Shown one piece after another: positions 10,298 to 20,391 of a DNA stretch of 64,000 nucleotides. Both the position numbers and the translations under genes were made by a program. Below the pieces are notes generated by a model, which saw nothing but the letters and a program-made list of their open reading frames with translations, made no database searches and was not told the DNA's origin. Source of the DNA: a bacterium (GTDB lineage Bacteria; Hinthialibacterota; Hinthialibacteria; Hinthialibacterales; Hinthialibacteraceae); contig CAXXSM010000149.1 of the NCBI GenBank assembly GCA_963663405.2, positions 96,001 through 160,000 on the forward strand, read 5' to 3'. Each line of letters begins with the position of its first letter. Within the stretch, counting starts at the first letter, position 1.

Positions 10298-11566
10298 ATG
10301 GGGGGAACTTACAAAATGACAAAGAAACATTTAATTCCCTATCAATGGGAAATGATAATTCTATTATGGTTTGCCTATTTTTTTAATCAAGGCGATCGTC
10401 AAATTTATAATGTGGTTTTGCCGTTAATCAAAACGGATTTACTATTGAGTGATGTACAATTGGGATTGGTTGTCACGATATTCACTCTCTGTTATGCCGT
10501 CCTGGTTCCTATTGCTGGCTATATTGGTGATGTTTATCGTCGAAAATGGGTTGTTTTTGTAAGTTTGCTCGTTTGGAGCACTGCCACCTTGTTTACTGGA
10601 ATCAGCACTGGAATCGTGCTCTTAATACTTTTCCGCGGTATAGCGACAGGAGGAGGAGAAGCGTTTTATTATCCGGCCGCCAACTCTCTAATCGGACAAT
10701 ATCATCATAAAACCCGGGCTCTCGCGATGTCCATACATCAAACTTCCCTTTATGCGGGAATTGTGGCCAGTGGATTTATCGCAGGATATATCGGAGAACA
10801 TTTTGGCTGGCGCATGGCGTTTTATCTCTTTGGGGTATTGGGAATACTTTTGGCTGGCGTCATTTATTTCAGACTAGAAGACACACCGCAACTCAATCAC
10901 GACCAAACAAACAGCGACTTGGACAACGAGCGGATTCCCATTTCATCGGTTCTAAAAAGCATTGCCTGCAAACCGACCGCGTTTATGCTGTGTATGGCTT
11001 TTGGTGGGATGGTCTTCGTTAACATCGGTTTCATGACCTGGATGCCGACATATCTTCATGAAGATTTTTCCCGTTCTCTAACCATGGCGGGTTTCGATTC
11101 CACTTTCTACCATTATTTATTTGCTTTTTTCGGTGTCTTGTTAGGCGGACAATTCTCCGATTACTTTGCCCAAAAACGACGGACCATCCGCTTGGAAACC
11201 GAATGTTTAGGTTTGTTATTAGGCGCGCCGTTTATCTATCTGATGGGCGCCACAGAAAACATGTTTCTATGTTATTTCGCCATGGCCGCATTCGGATTGT
11301 TTCGTGGAATCTATGATTCCAATCTTTTTGCCGCGTTGTTCGATGTGATAGAACCGAGAGTAAGGGCGTCTGCGGTTGGGATTATGATTGCTTTTGCCTT
11401 TATTGTAGGAGCGTTCGCTCCATTGATCCTTGGGTGGGTCAAAGAGAACTGGGGCTTGGCGATTGGAATATCCTCTTTGGGATATGTGTATTTCATCTCA
11501 GCATTAGTAATTTTATTCGCTCAGTTTTTCTTCTTCAAAAAAGATTATTACGAAGAGAAGGATTAA
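10298..11566 (+). CDS. MFS transporter (ACS/sugar-acid-like), paralog A; start may be ATG 10316
   Basis: NQGDRQ, AGYIGDVYRRK motif A, about 12 hydrophobic segments. Confidence 0.92.
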   Translation: MGGTYKMTKKHLIPYQWEMIILLWFAYFFNQGDRQIYNVVLPLIKTDLLLSDVQLGLVVTIFTLCYAVLVPIAGYIGDVYRRKWVVFVSLLVWSTATLFTGISTGIVLLILFRGIATGGGEAFYYPAANSLIGQYHHKTRALAMSIHQTSLYAGIVASGFIAGYIGEHFGWRMAFYLFGVLGILLAGVIYFRLEDTPQLNHDQTNSDLDNERIPISSVLKSIACKPTAFMLCMAFGGMVFVNIGFMTWMPTYLHEDFSRSLTMAGFDSTFYHYLFAFFGVLLGGQFSDYFAQKRRTIRLETECLGLLLGAPFIYLMGATENMFLCYFAMAAFGLFRGIYDSNLFAALFDVIEPRVRASAVGIMIAFAFIVGAFAPLILGWVKENWGLAIGISSLGYVYFISALVILFAQFFFFKKDYYEEKD

Positions 11567-11596
11567 TCTAAAAAAACAAGAATAGGAGATAGAAAA

Positions 11597-12964
11597 ATGA
11601 AATTGCTTTTTGTATTCAGGCCAATTTGGATTTTCGTTTTTGTATCAATCGTCATGTCTTCGTTTTCACTTCCTTGCTCCGCTGAATTATCCGAGCAATA
11701 TAAGGCTCTCTGGAACGATCTAGAGTTAAATCAAACAATAGAAAATAATATCGACGCCTATAGGAAGGGGCATCTTGCCTTGAAATTTGTTACGGAGGAT
11801 GGGCGCCCCGTTACAGACGCTAAGATAAAGGCTATACAGACAGGTCACGAATTCCTGTTCGGTTGTAATCTTTTCTTTTTAAAGGGATTCGATTCAGATG
11901 AGATGAATAAGAAATATGAAGAGGCATTCGTCAATTTATTCAACTTTGCCACAATGCCTTTTTACTGGTCAGATTTGGAGCCTGAACCAGGCAAAATTCG
12001 TTTCCAGAAAAATTCTCCTCCCATTTTTCGCCGTCCACCTCCCGATCTGCTGCTTGAGTTCGGATTCAAGCATAATTTAACATTAAAAGGCCATCCGTTG
12101 ATTTGGCACGCCTGGTATCCCGATTGGCTTCCTAACGATCAGGCCCAAGTAGAACGATATGCTCAAAAACGCTTTTCAGAAATCGCGGCGCGTTATAGCC
12201 AACATATTAAAATTTGGGATGTGGTGAATGAATCATTAGTTCGGCCGATGAATGTAACGTTACCTCGGGATTATGTTCCTTGGTCATTTAAGCAAGCCGA
12301 AAAAGTATTTCCGGATGACAACGTTTTAATGATCAACGAAGTAACATCTGTAAGCCATCAGTACAATAAATCGGAAACCAAGTATTATCTTCAAATTAAA
12401 AACCTGATCGCGCAAAACATACGGCTCAATGGGATTGGCTTTCAATTTCATATTTTCTCCGAAAATGGTATGAAAAATGTCGCCGCTGGGAAAGATTTCA
12501 CTCCGAAAAACATGATGCAAGTGTATGACCTCTATCGTGAATTCGATTTACCTCTCTACATAACCGAAATCACGATACCCAGTTTAGGAGAAACGGGCGA
12601 TGAAGAGCAGGCGGAAGTCGTAAAGAACTTCTATCGTTTATGGTTTAGCACGCCCAATATGGCGGGTATAACGTGGTGGAATCTTGGCGATGGAACGGCG
12701 GTTCCAAACGAAAATAAATGGTTGGGCGGTCTGATGGACAAAGATCTGAATCCTAAAAATTCCTATCAAGTCTTGGATCAATTAATCAATCATGAATGGA
12801 AAACCGAATATGAAGGACAAACCAACGATAAAGGGCGTGCGATTTTCTGTGGTTTTTATGGATCCTACTCCATCACCGTGGAAACCAGCGAAGGCGCACA
12901 AGAATTTATAATCAACCACTCCAAAGGAAAAAGCGGACATCATACAATTATCATTGAGGATTGA
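11597..12964 (+). CDS. Secreted GH10 family glycoside hydrolase (endo-xylanase-like)
   Basis: Signal peptide; KGHPLIWH, WDVVNE (acid/base), GIGFQFH, YITEI (nucleophile), GITWW. Confidence 0.88.
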   Translation: MKLLFVFRPIWIFVFVSIVMSSFSLPCSAELSEQYKALWNDLELNQTIENNIDAYRKGHLALKFVTEDGRPVTDAKIKAIQTGHEFLFGCNLFFLKGFDSDEMNKKYEEAFVNLFNFATMPFYWSDLEPEPGKIRFQKNSPPIFRRPPPDLLLEFGFKHNLTLKGHPLIWHAWYPDWLPNDQAQVERYAQKRFSEIAARYSQHIKIWDVVNESLVRPMNVTLPRDYVPWSFKQAEKVFPDDNVLMINEVTSVSHQYNKSETKYYLQIKNLIAQNIRLNGIGFQFHIFSENGMKNVAAGKDFTPKNMMQVYDLYREFDLPLYITEITIPSLGETGDEEQAEVVKNFYRLWFSTPNMAGITWWNLGDGTAVPNENKWLGGLMDKDLNPKNSYQVLDQLINHEWKTEYEGQTNDKGRAIFCGFYGSYSITVETSEGAQEFIINHSKGKSGHHTIIIED

Positions 12965-14157
12965 TCATGAAAATTGTCGATTTACGTGTCAGAACGGTGG
13001 CTATCCCTACCAATGCAATGCTGCGTCACAATACCGGTGTCCATCCGGGATATCTGATGCGCACCATTTTAGAATTGATAACAGACGAAGGAATTGTTGG
13101 ATTGGGGGAAGTGGGCGGAGGCGATCAACGGAGCGCTTTACTTCGTTTAAAGCCTCGCCTGGTTGGTATGAATCCTTTTCATCTGGAAGAAATTAAACTG
13201 AAAGTTCTTCGCAGTATATACTATCTTTCCAATGCGCGTCTCTATGGAGCGATCGAGATTGCCTGTTTAGATATACAAGGCAAAGCGTGCGGGATACCTA
13301 TGCATCAATTGATCGGAGGGAAACTGCGCGATGAAATCCCTATGATCGCGTACCTTTTCTGGAGATACGATCGTCCTGGCGGCGGGGATGACACATGCGC
13401 GGAAGATTTGGCTGACTATTGTGTTGAATTGCATGAAACGCTGGGCGTTACGGCTATGAAATTAAAAGCCGGTGTCCTTGATCCGATGGAGGAAGCGAGG
13501 GTACTTGAACTTTGCCATGAGCGATTGGGAGACACATTTGGACTGCGCATAGATCCGAATGGAGTATGGTCCGTCGCCACCGCCACGCAAGTGGGCCGCC
13601 GGCTGGAAGGTCTCAATTTACAGTACTACGAAGATCCCGCTTGGGGCTTAGAAGGAATGCGCTCTGTTCGCGAGCAGGTTCGCATTCCATTGGCTACGAA
13701 TATGTATCCTAACAAGTTTGATGATTTAGGACCCGCCATCCGATTGAACGGAATCGATATCATTCTGACTGATTTACATTATTGGGAAGGGCCTCGCGGA
13801 GTGAAAGATTTATGCGCAGTGTGCCGTACATTTAATCTTGGCGTCGCGATGCATTCGGGCGCGGAATTTGGAGTGGAACTCGCGGCGATGCTTCATACCG
13901 CCTCAACGATTCCGACCATGAACATGCCTGGTGACGCGCATTACCATTATTTGGAAGATGATATCATCGCAGGCGGAAAAATGCCTTATGTCAATGGATC
14001 GATTCGAGTGCCGGAAGGCGCTGGACTTGGTGTGGAATTGGATGAAGAAAAAATGGAAAAGTATGAGCGTTTTTATGAAGAAAAAGGTGATTATTACGCC
14101 CGGTTTCATCAAGACCCAAGACGCCCTGAATGGTATCCTGCTGTGGGAGGCTTATGA
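12961..14157 (+). CDS. Enolase-superfamily acid-sugar dehydratase (glucarate dehydratase-like)
   Basis: GLGE, AIEIACLDIQGK, KLKAG, RIDPNG, EDP, ATNM, MHS, VPEGAGLGVELD. Confidence 0.85.
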   Translation: MIMKIVDLRVRTVAIPTNAMLRHNTGVHPGYLMRTILELITDEGIVGLGEVGGGDQRSALLRLKPRLVGMNPFHLEEIKLKVLRSIYYLSNARLYGAIEIACLDIQGKACGIPMHQLIGGKLRDEIPMIAYLFWRYDRPGGGDDTCAEDLADYCVELHETLGVTAMKLKAGVLDPMEEARVLELCHERLGDTFGLRIDPNGVWSVATATQVGRRLEGLNLQYYEDPAWGLEGMRSVREQVRIPLATNMYPNKFDDLGPAIRLNGIDIILTDLHYWEGPRGVKDLCAVCRTFNLGVAMHSGAEFGVELAAMLHTASTIPTMNMPGDAHYHYLEDDIIAGGKMPYVNGSIRVPEGAGLGVELDEEKMEKYERFYEEKGDYYARFHQDPRRPEWYPAVGGL

Positions 14158-14160
14158 TAA

Positions 14161-14916
14161 ATGAGTTCTCTCTCAAACAAAATCGCGTTAGTGACCGGAG
14201 GGAGCCGGGGCATTGGAGCCGCGATTGCTTTGGAACTGGCTGAAGCCGGGGCGGATGTGGTTGTCAATTACAATCACTCCGAAGACAAAGCGCTTACGGT
14301 AGCGCGTCAGATAGAAGATAAGGGCAAAAAGGCTCTTGCCTTGCAAGCCGATATCAGCCAAGTCTCCTGTATACACGATCTATTTGATCAAATTGAAAAC
14401 CAATTGGGAACTGTGGATATTCTTGTCAACAACGCTGGATTGGAGATTCGGCGTTCCTTTCAGGAATTCGACGAGTCAACGTATGAGAAGATCATGAACA
14501 CGAATCTCAAAGGAGCGTTTTTCTGCGCCCAACGCGCGATCGGTGGCATGAAAACAAAACAATGGGGACGTGTCATTAATATTTCATCCGTTCACGAATT
14601 AACGCCGACACGTTTTTGCAGTGTATACAGTATGACAAAATCGGGAATGATCCTGATGATGCGGGAAATGGCTGTCGAGTTCAGCCAATATGGAATTACA
14701 ATCAATAATATCGCGCCGGGCGCGATACGAACGGATATCAACCGTGAAGTTCTTTCCGATCCTGCTTATGAACTCAAAGTGATTAACAAAATCCCGTCAC
14801 GTTTCATTGGCGAGCCGGAAGATGTGGCTAAAACAGCCGTATTCTTAGCTTCGGACAACGCGCGATATATCACAGGCGCATCTATTTTTATCGATGGGGG
14901 AATGCAATTGTTATAG
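14161..14916 (+). CDS. SDR family oxidoreductase (glucose 1-dehydrogenase-like)
   Basis: TGGSRGIG, NNAG, NISSVHE, YSMTK, IAPGAI. Confidence 0.92.
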   Translation: MSSLSNKIALVTGGSRGIGAAIALELAEAGADVVVNYNHSEDKALTVARQIEDKGKKALALQADISQVSCIHDLFDQIENQLGTVDILVNNAGLEIRRSFQEFDESTYEKIMNTNLKGAFFCAQRAIGGMKTKQWGRVINISSVHELTPTRFCSVYSMTKSGMILMMREMAVEFSQYGITINNIAPGAIRTDINREVLSDPAYELKVINKIPSRFIGEPEDVAKTAVFLASDNARYITGASIFIDGGMQLL

Positions 14917-17184
14917 GCTCAATGAATCCGATTGAAACAGAAAAACAGCAACCTGATTTGGTTGTGTTACTATTTTTTGATTGGCTTGTAGTTGTTTATA
15001 ATCCGTTTCTTCTAGATTCGGAATGAGTATTTTTTGCATGGAATAATGTTTCGCTGATACAATACATGTTTTACTTGTTGTTGAATGATTCCAGCATACA
15101 ACTGCCATTTCATCATTCAAGACAAACGCTCGCGCTTCAATTTCTTTATCACTGATTTGAAAACCTTGATTATCGATAAATTGACCTTTCAAAAGGATCG
15201 GATAATCTCGGCGAATTTGACATAGCTGATTCATGTAATTGGTATACTGATCAATATTACCTGACAGAAGAAATTCTTTGTTGACCGGGGGACCGGTAAT
15301 CTCCTGATAATCTTCGGTACTGGGACGTTTTCCTTCTTTCAATAATAGAACATCTGGAATATAACGGCTTTCTACATCAAAACGCATTCCATTGATAAAA
15401 GCGAATTTGGCATGGTCGACATCCATTATGGGAGATGGATATCGATTCGTGATTATAATTTCGGGGAAGGTATATCGAAACAACGCTGGAAACGCAATGG
15501 AATTATACATATAGCCTCTTCCCGAACCGTGGGTGAAATCGACGAAATGTCCAAAGGCGTCCGTTACCCCCTCCGATAGAACCGCAAAATCAGGATCGAC
15601 CGTTCGAAAGTGTTCTTGAATCCGTTGAAAATTGTGCAAAATACCCGGACCTGTAGCCAAAGCGGGTGAGTTGTGATTATGAGTAGGATCGAAACAGAAA
15701 GGCGCAGAACCCATTCCAATCTGATCGTACATAACGCCGTCACTTCCCAATCCATGAATGTATTCCGCCAATTCCAGCATTTTATTCGACCATTCCTGCG
15801 TCGTCTGACACATGAGGGCGTGCTTATAACCCGAATGATTCTTATATTTCTTCCAATGTTGCGTATAATGTTCGCCATTCCATTGCATGGCGGCGTATTT
15901 TTTGCCAATCGTTTGATAATAATCGGCGGTTGTATCGACCAGTTGACCGTTGGTGTAGAGCACTACTTTTCCACCATTTCGATGCACGGCTTCAATACTG
16001 GCCCGAATATCGACGGCGTTTCCCATGTTTGGATCGGGGCTGTAATCCGGATATAAATGATCGTGCCCACCGATTCCCCAACCAAATAAAGAGAGGAAAT
16101 CGAGACCTTCTTTTTTGGCTATGGGAAGAATCTGCGGGATTTCCGGATAACGCCACATCAAATTACCGTTCTGCTGTTTCAATATAACCAAAAACCAACC
16201 GTTGGTTTTTTGAATCCAATCGGGAACGCTCTGCTGACGCATCCAGGTTTTCGCCCATCGCCGGTATCGGTCGGCGCTGGTATGCCAGTCTCCAACGTGA
16301 GGCGAGATTACATAATTCGCTGAATTCCATTGTTCTCCACAGCCAATGAATGGGTATTTAGTCATTCCGAATGTTAACGTCTTCGAGTCCGGTTCGGGTA
16401 CCACACTCATGCCCGTGGTTTGTAAGGATTGGTCCAAGGACGCAAAATACAGCCCTTGCGTATCATTCCCATATTCAAACCACTGCATTGACATCCCACA
16501 TGGATATTGGCCTTTAAACGTGTTTTTTAGTTCGGCCGGATTTAAATATCGTTCGCCTGGTCGATTGGGCCAGTACAGAAAGTTTTTTGACGCGTCCATG
16601 TTGCCAATTCCACCAATCATAGGAAAATCGAAGGAATTGATTTGAAACTCACTGTTATTGGCCAGATAGGCGGAACAATGGAGTTCATCTCCAGACAATT
16701 CAAAAGTACATGTGATTGTTATGTTCAAGGACTTTCCATCAAGAGGAATGGAATTGGCCTGAAACTGAATCACATTATATTTTTGAGAGATATCGAAAGA
16801 ACATTGATTGGAGAAAACATCATGTGGCTTTCTATCTTGATCTTCCAAGCCCAATCTCCATAGGACATCGCCTGCATTTTTGATGATCTTCGTATCCGTA
16901 ATTCTGTTTTCCAATTGAGCGATCGCTCCGTTATCGTCAAAAGAGATCGCGATCCGTTCATTGCTCAAATTGAATGAAGAAGCGCCTGCGTTTGCGCCTA
17001 TCGAAAGAACGCATAGTAACAATACCAGAATGGAAAAAACGTTGCTATCGATTGTACGATTCAATGTCAGTTTTTTAGGTTGCTTCATGAGATACATGTT
17101 TGATCCTCTTATTAGTGTAAAATGGCAGTCTAATGAAAAGTATAGATACAAGATACGAAGTATTACCATCCAAGTTGGGAACAT
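14911..17184 (-). CDS. Secreted DUF6259-like putative glycoside hydrolase (TIM barrel); true start probably ~17097
   Basis: Hydrophobic signal segment VLLLCVLSIGANA; YPCGMSMQW, HVGDWHTSADRYR, GW..GGHDHLYPDY, YTNGQ, DGVMYDQIG, CFDPTHNH, LSEG. Confidence 0.7.
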   Translation of the reverse strand: MFPTWMVILRILYLYFSLDCHFTLIRGSNMYLMKQPKKLTLNRTIDSNVFSILVLLLCVLSIGANAGASSFNLSNERIAISFDDNGAIAQLENRITDTKIIKNAGDVLWRLGLEDQDRKPHDVFSNQCSFDISQKYNVIQFQANSIPLDGKSLNITITCTFELSGDELHCSAYLANNSEFQINSFDFPMIGGIGNMDASKNFLYWPNRPGERYLNPAELKNTFKGQYPCGMSMQWFEYGNDTQGLYFASLDQSLQTTGMSVVPEPDSKTLTFGMTKYPFIGCGEQWNSANYVISPHVGDWHTSADRYRRWAKTWMRQQSVPDWIQKTNGWFLVILKQQNGNLMWRYPEIPQILPIAKKEGLDFLSLFGWGIGGHDHLYPDYSPDPNMGNAVDIRASIEAVHRNGGKVVLYTNGQLVDTTADYYQTIGKKYAAMQWNGEHYTQHWKKYKNHSGYKHALMCQTTQEWSNKMLELAEYIHGLGSDGVMYDQIGMGSAPFCFDPTHNHNSPALATGPGILHNFQRIQEHFRTVDPDFAVLSEGVTDAFGHFVDFTHGSGRGYMYNSIAFPALFRYTFPEIIITNRYPSPIMDVDHAKFAFINGMRFDVESRYIPDVLLLKEGKRPSTEDYQEITGPPVNKEFLLSGNIDQYTNYMNQLCQIRRDYPILLKGQFIDNQGFQISDKEIEARAFVLNDEMAVVCWNHSTTSKTCIVSAKHYSMQKILIPNLEETDYKQLQANQKIVTQPNQVAVFLFQSDSLSL

Positions 17185-17263
17185 TAGAGGGGGATCGTCG
17201 GAACAATCCTATCTAATCGGCTCAACTTGGAGGAGGAATTGTTAACAAATCCAAAACAAAGGC

Positions 17264-19294
17264 TCAATACAAACTCCATTCACGAACGGGTGTTTCTTCG
17301 GTATAGATTTTGACGTTATCGATGAAATAATCACCACCGCTATTGGTGACATTCACTAAAAAGAGATTGTCAATACTGGATAATTGGTTGGTCTGCCAGA
17401 ACATCGCATCCGTTTCATATTGAACTAAAGTTGAAAAGGTGAGATCCCCTTCGTCTCCCTGCCAGAATTCATACGTGTTGGTTTTTGGATCAGCGATGAT
17501 TCGAATGGGGTACCAATGTTCGACTCCACTGTCCGGATCAGACGCTAGAATGGGAGTGGTTCTTAATTCTCCCGCATCTTCCACTCCATCCTTGTTGGTA
17601 TCTCCAATAAAGTTCCATTGAGCGCCATCGTAATAATTCGCCACGCCCGGTTCCAATTGTCCCCAAACCACATGCCCTCCTAACGTGGAATCTTGACGAA
17701 TGATCACTTGACAGGCTCGCGCTCCAGCGGCGCCGGTAACGGTTGACGCCATCAGAAAATCAATCGTTACGGGTTCGGTTTGACTGCCGAAATCGATAGA
17801 CAAGTTATCGACGCCGCTTCTAACCTTCAATGATTTATCGCCCACGGCGATAATCTCTTCTAATTCTCCTCCACCCGCGACCCGCTCGCTAGCTTCCGCT
17901 CCCCAAGCCCCTTCAAAATCCTGCTCGATAACGGTCTGACCGGATTTCGTAACAATGGATACGTTATCAACAAAGAAGTCACCCATCCCTCGTTCTTTGT
18001 TTTGAAATTGAATTCCATCAATGGAATCCAATAATCGCCAAAACCATAAATCGTCCCCATATTGAGTGAGATTTTCAAAATTCAAGTCGTTGGCAGGTCC
18101 CATAAAAAAATCAAAACTATGATTCGCAATATCAAGGTCCAATTGAACCGGGTACCATTTGGCCGATGTGGGATCTTCTGGATCCGTTATTTCAATAAGC
18201 GGTGGCCATGTTTCATCCCCGTCTTCCACAAGATTTTGATTGGTATCCCCGATTTGACGCCACGCTGTGCCATCGTAAAAGTTACTCGATCCCGGTTCGG
18301 TCTCTCCCCAACAAATGAACGTGACGATATTGGAGCCGGTATTCCCACCGTTCAACGTCCACACTTGCGCCGCGCGCTGATTTTTATAACCGCCCAAGGT
18401 TGTAAATGAAATTAGAAAACGAAACGTGAAATTTTCCAGGATTGGATCGAAATACGCGTAAGCGCCATCGATATCTTTGAGAAGCATCAATGAATGCTCA
18501 CCGATCGCAATCAATGAATCGTCACGTTCGGGAATGCCTTCAAAATCATTTTCGAATACCACGGCGCCGTCATGAGATATTTCCAAATTGTCTATAAAAT
18601 CACCGCTTGATGATGGATTAAAATAGAAACGATTGATTTCGGGAGGGAAATCCACGGTATAGAGGTCTTCGCCGTATAATTTCAGTGTGGAAAAAGACAT
18701 ATCGTTGGGGGCGCCTTGCCAATAATCGAAAATGGCTTCATCAATATTAATAACCAATTGTATAGGAATCCATTGCGCTTGATCGGGTTGATCCGGATCG
18801 GAGACCGGAAGAGCGGGAGGCCATTCCTCGCCATCATTTTCTATACCATCGAAGTTCGTATCCCCAATTTGCACCCAGCCGTCTAAATCCTGATACGCCG
18901 GTAATCCTTCGATCACATTACTCCATCGAATATCCGAAGCCACAATCGCGGTTTCTCCGGAAATTCCCTGGAGATAGACTCTTCCACCAGGGGAGTCTGG
19001 ATTCGAGGCGACAGTCGACGAAATCAAAAAACGTATGGTAATCGAACCGGAGACGGGAATAAAATCCTGACTATAATAGGTATTTCTCGAATATTCATCG
19101 ATCGCCAAGGCCGTCGGCGCGCGTTCCAATTCCGGTAGGGATTGAAATCCGGCTTGCGGACCTAACGAACTTAGATCATCGAAATCCTCTTCATATAAAA
19201 TATCAGTCTGCCCTGCGATCGCGCCGATGCTTGACAAAACACAACATACAAAAACGATACCCCATCTTTTTGTCTTGGTATACTTTTTCATCAT
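17264..19294 (-). CDS. Secreted acidic protein with three ~210-aa tandem ConA-like repeats, ending in W-tail TPVREWSLY
   Basis: Signal peptide; three copies of W.(Q/F)IGDTN..G/L.E..E...DP..W.P(I/V) and (F/Y)(I/F)(I/V)DN. Confidence 0.78.
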   Translation of the reverse strand: MMKKYTKTKRWGIVFVCCVLSSIGAIAGQTDILYEEDFDDLSSLGPQAGFQSLPELERAPTALAIDEYSRNTYYSQDFIPVSGSITIRFLISSTVASNPDSPGGRVYLQGISGETAIVASDIRWSNVIEGLPAYQDLDGWVQIGDTNFDGIENDGEEWPPALPVSDPDQPDQAQWIPIQLVINIDEAIFDYWQGAPNDMSFSTLKLYGEDLYTVDFPPEINRFYFNPSSSGDFIDNLEISHDGAVVFENDFEGIPERDDSLIAIGEHSLMLLKDIDGAYAYFDPILENFTFRFLISFTTLGGYKNQRAAQVWTLNGGNTGSNIVTFICWGETEPGSSNFYDGTAWRQIGDTNQNLVEDGDETWPPLIEITDPEDPTSAKWYPVQLDLDIANHSFDFFMGPANDLNFENLTQYGDDLWFWRLLDSIDGIQFQNKERGMGDFFVDNVSIVTKSGQTVIEQDFEGAWGAEASERVAGGGELEEIIAVGDKSLKVRSGVDNLSIDFGSQTEPVTIDFLMASTVTGAAGARACQVIIRQDSTLGGHVVWGQLEPGVANYYDGAQWNFIGDTNKDGVEDAGELRTTPILASDPDSGVEHWYPIRIIADPKTNTYEFWQGDEGDLTFSTLVQYETDAMFWQTNQLSSIDNLFLVNVTNSGGDYFIDNVKIYTEETPVREWSLY

Positions 19295-19416
19295 TTTTTC
19301 TCCCTAATCAAATTTGATTATAGAATTCCTAGAAGTGTTCTTTTTTATAATTTTCTAATAATGTTTTTGAATAGAATCTAACGGCGCCCAAGCCTTCCTC
19401 GAGAAGATTTGTGGAA

Positions 19417-20001
19417 TCAAGGACCAAAGCGATAAATATCCCCATCGCTGTTCAATCCATTGCTAGAGTCGAACCATTTCATAAAGTCGGATCCCCCCGC
19501 TCCCGGATCGGCTTCATAATCCCGATCCGGCGCAGCGCCCATCAGCACCCATCGCCCCCGCCGCTCTTGTTCTTCCGGCATATAAGCGAACCGGCGCGAT
19601 GAGAGTTTGATATTGTCCGTGGTTTCAGGATCCCATAGTGGATACGCGTTCGACATGTACGTATCATCGATATTGGTTCGAAACGGGTCCAAAGGAACAC
19701 TGTTCATATAACTGACCGGTGAGGTCATTTTTGCCAGTCTTCCATAACGCCAATCCCGTGTGCTCGAAGGAGCCGCCGGGGGATACATATTGTTGTCCAA
19801 TCGATACATTTCCAGCGCGCTCCCCAACGATCGCAGATCGGCTTCACAACGAGCGATAAGCGCCCGAACCCGCGCATTGATAAAATTGGGCACAGCAATG
19901 GCGGCCAGAATGCCAATGATCGCGACGACGATAAGCAATTCAATTAAGGTAAAACCGCGAAAAGGAGTTTTTTGATTGTTTGTCGATTTTTTTTCATTCA
20001 T
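19417..20001 (-). CDS. Prepilin-type N-terminal cleavage/methylation protein, paralog 2
   Basis: RG|FTLIELLIVVAIIGILAAIAVPNF; Y.LDNN.YPP; MTSPVSYM..VPLDPF; APD; FDSSNGLNSDGDI. Confidence 0.88.
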   Translation of the reverse strand: MNEKKSTNNQKTPFRGFTLIELLIVVAIIGILAAIAVPNFINARVRALIARCEADLRSLGSALEMYRLDNNMYPPAAPSSTRDWRYGRLAKMTSPVSYMNSVPLDPFRTNIDDTYMSNAYPLWDPETTDNIKLSSRRFAYMPEEQERRGRWVLMGAAPDRDYEADPGAGGSDFMKWFDSSNGLNSDGDIYRFGP

Positions 20002-20186
20002 CGTCCGTTTCCTTTAGGTTCCACAATCGCAACAGAAAGGCATAACATCAAAAAAAATTTTTTTTGATTGACGAAACGGAAAAAAGTAAAGGAGGGAAGT
20101 CCAATCTACAATATACAGATCCTATTGGAATGAGGTTATGCCATATAGAGAGATCGTTTCCAATTCCATCCACTTTCCCCCATCTC

Positions 20187-20370
20187 ATATTGTATACAAT
20201 ATATAAAAATAAGAGGGAAGTCAACAGGAAAAATTAAATTTTTGTTTGATTCATAAGTTTAATGTTATTAGGATATTTTTATAAGTTCAAATAAATCAAG
20301 GAAGTATTTCTCTATCATTTTTTTATCTGCCCATAGATTTTTTTTGATATTTTGTATATAATATATAAAA
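20187..20370. promoter_or_regulatory. Two GntR-type operator copies in the divergent intergenic region
   Basis: Perfect 16-bp palindrome ATATTGTATACAATAT (20187-20202); TTGTATA(C/T)AATATATAAAA at 20190-20208 and 20352-20370 (18/19 identical). Minus-strand promoter TTGACT(20224-20219)-17 bp-TATTGT overlaps the palindrome. Confidence 0.65.
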
Positions 20371-20391
20371 GTATCTTGATCTCAAACTGAA

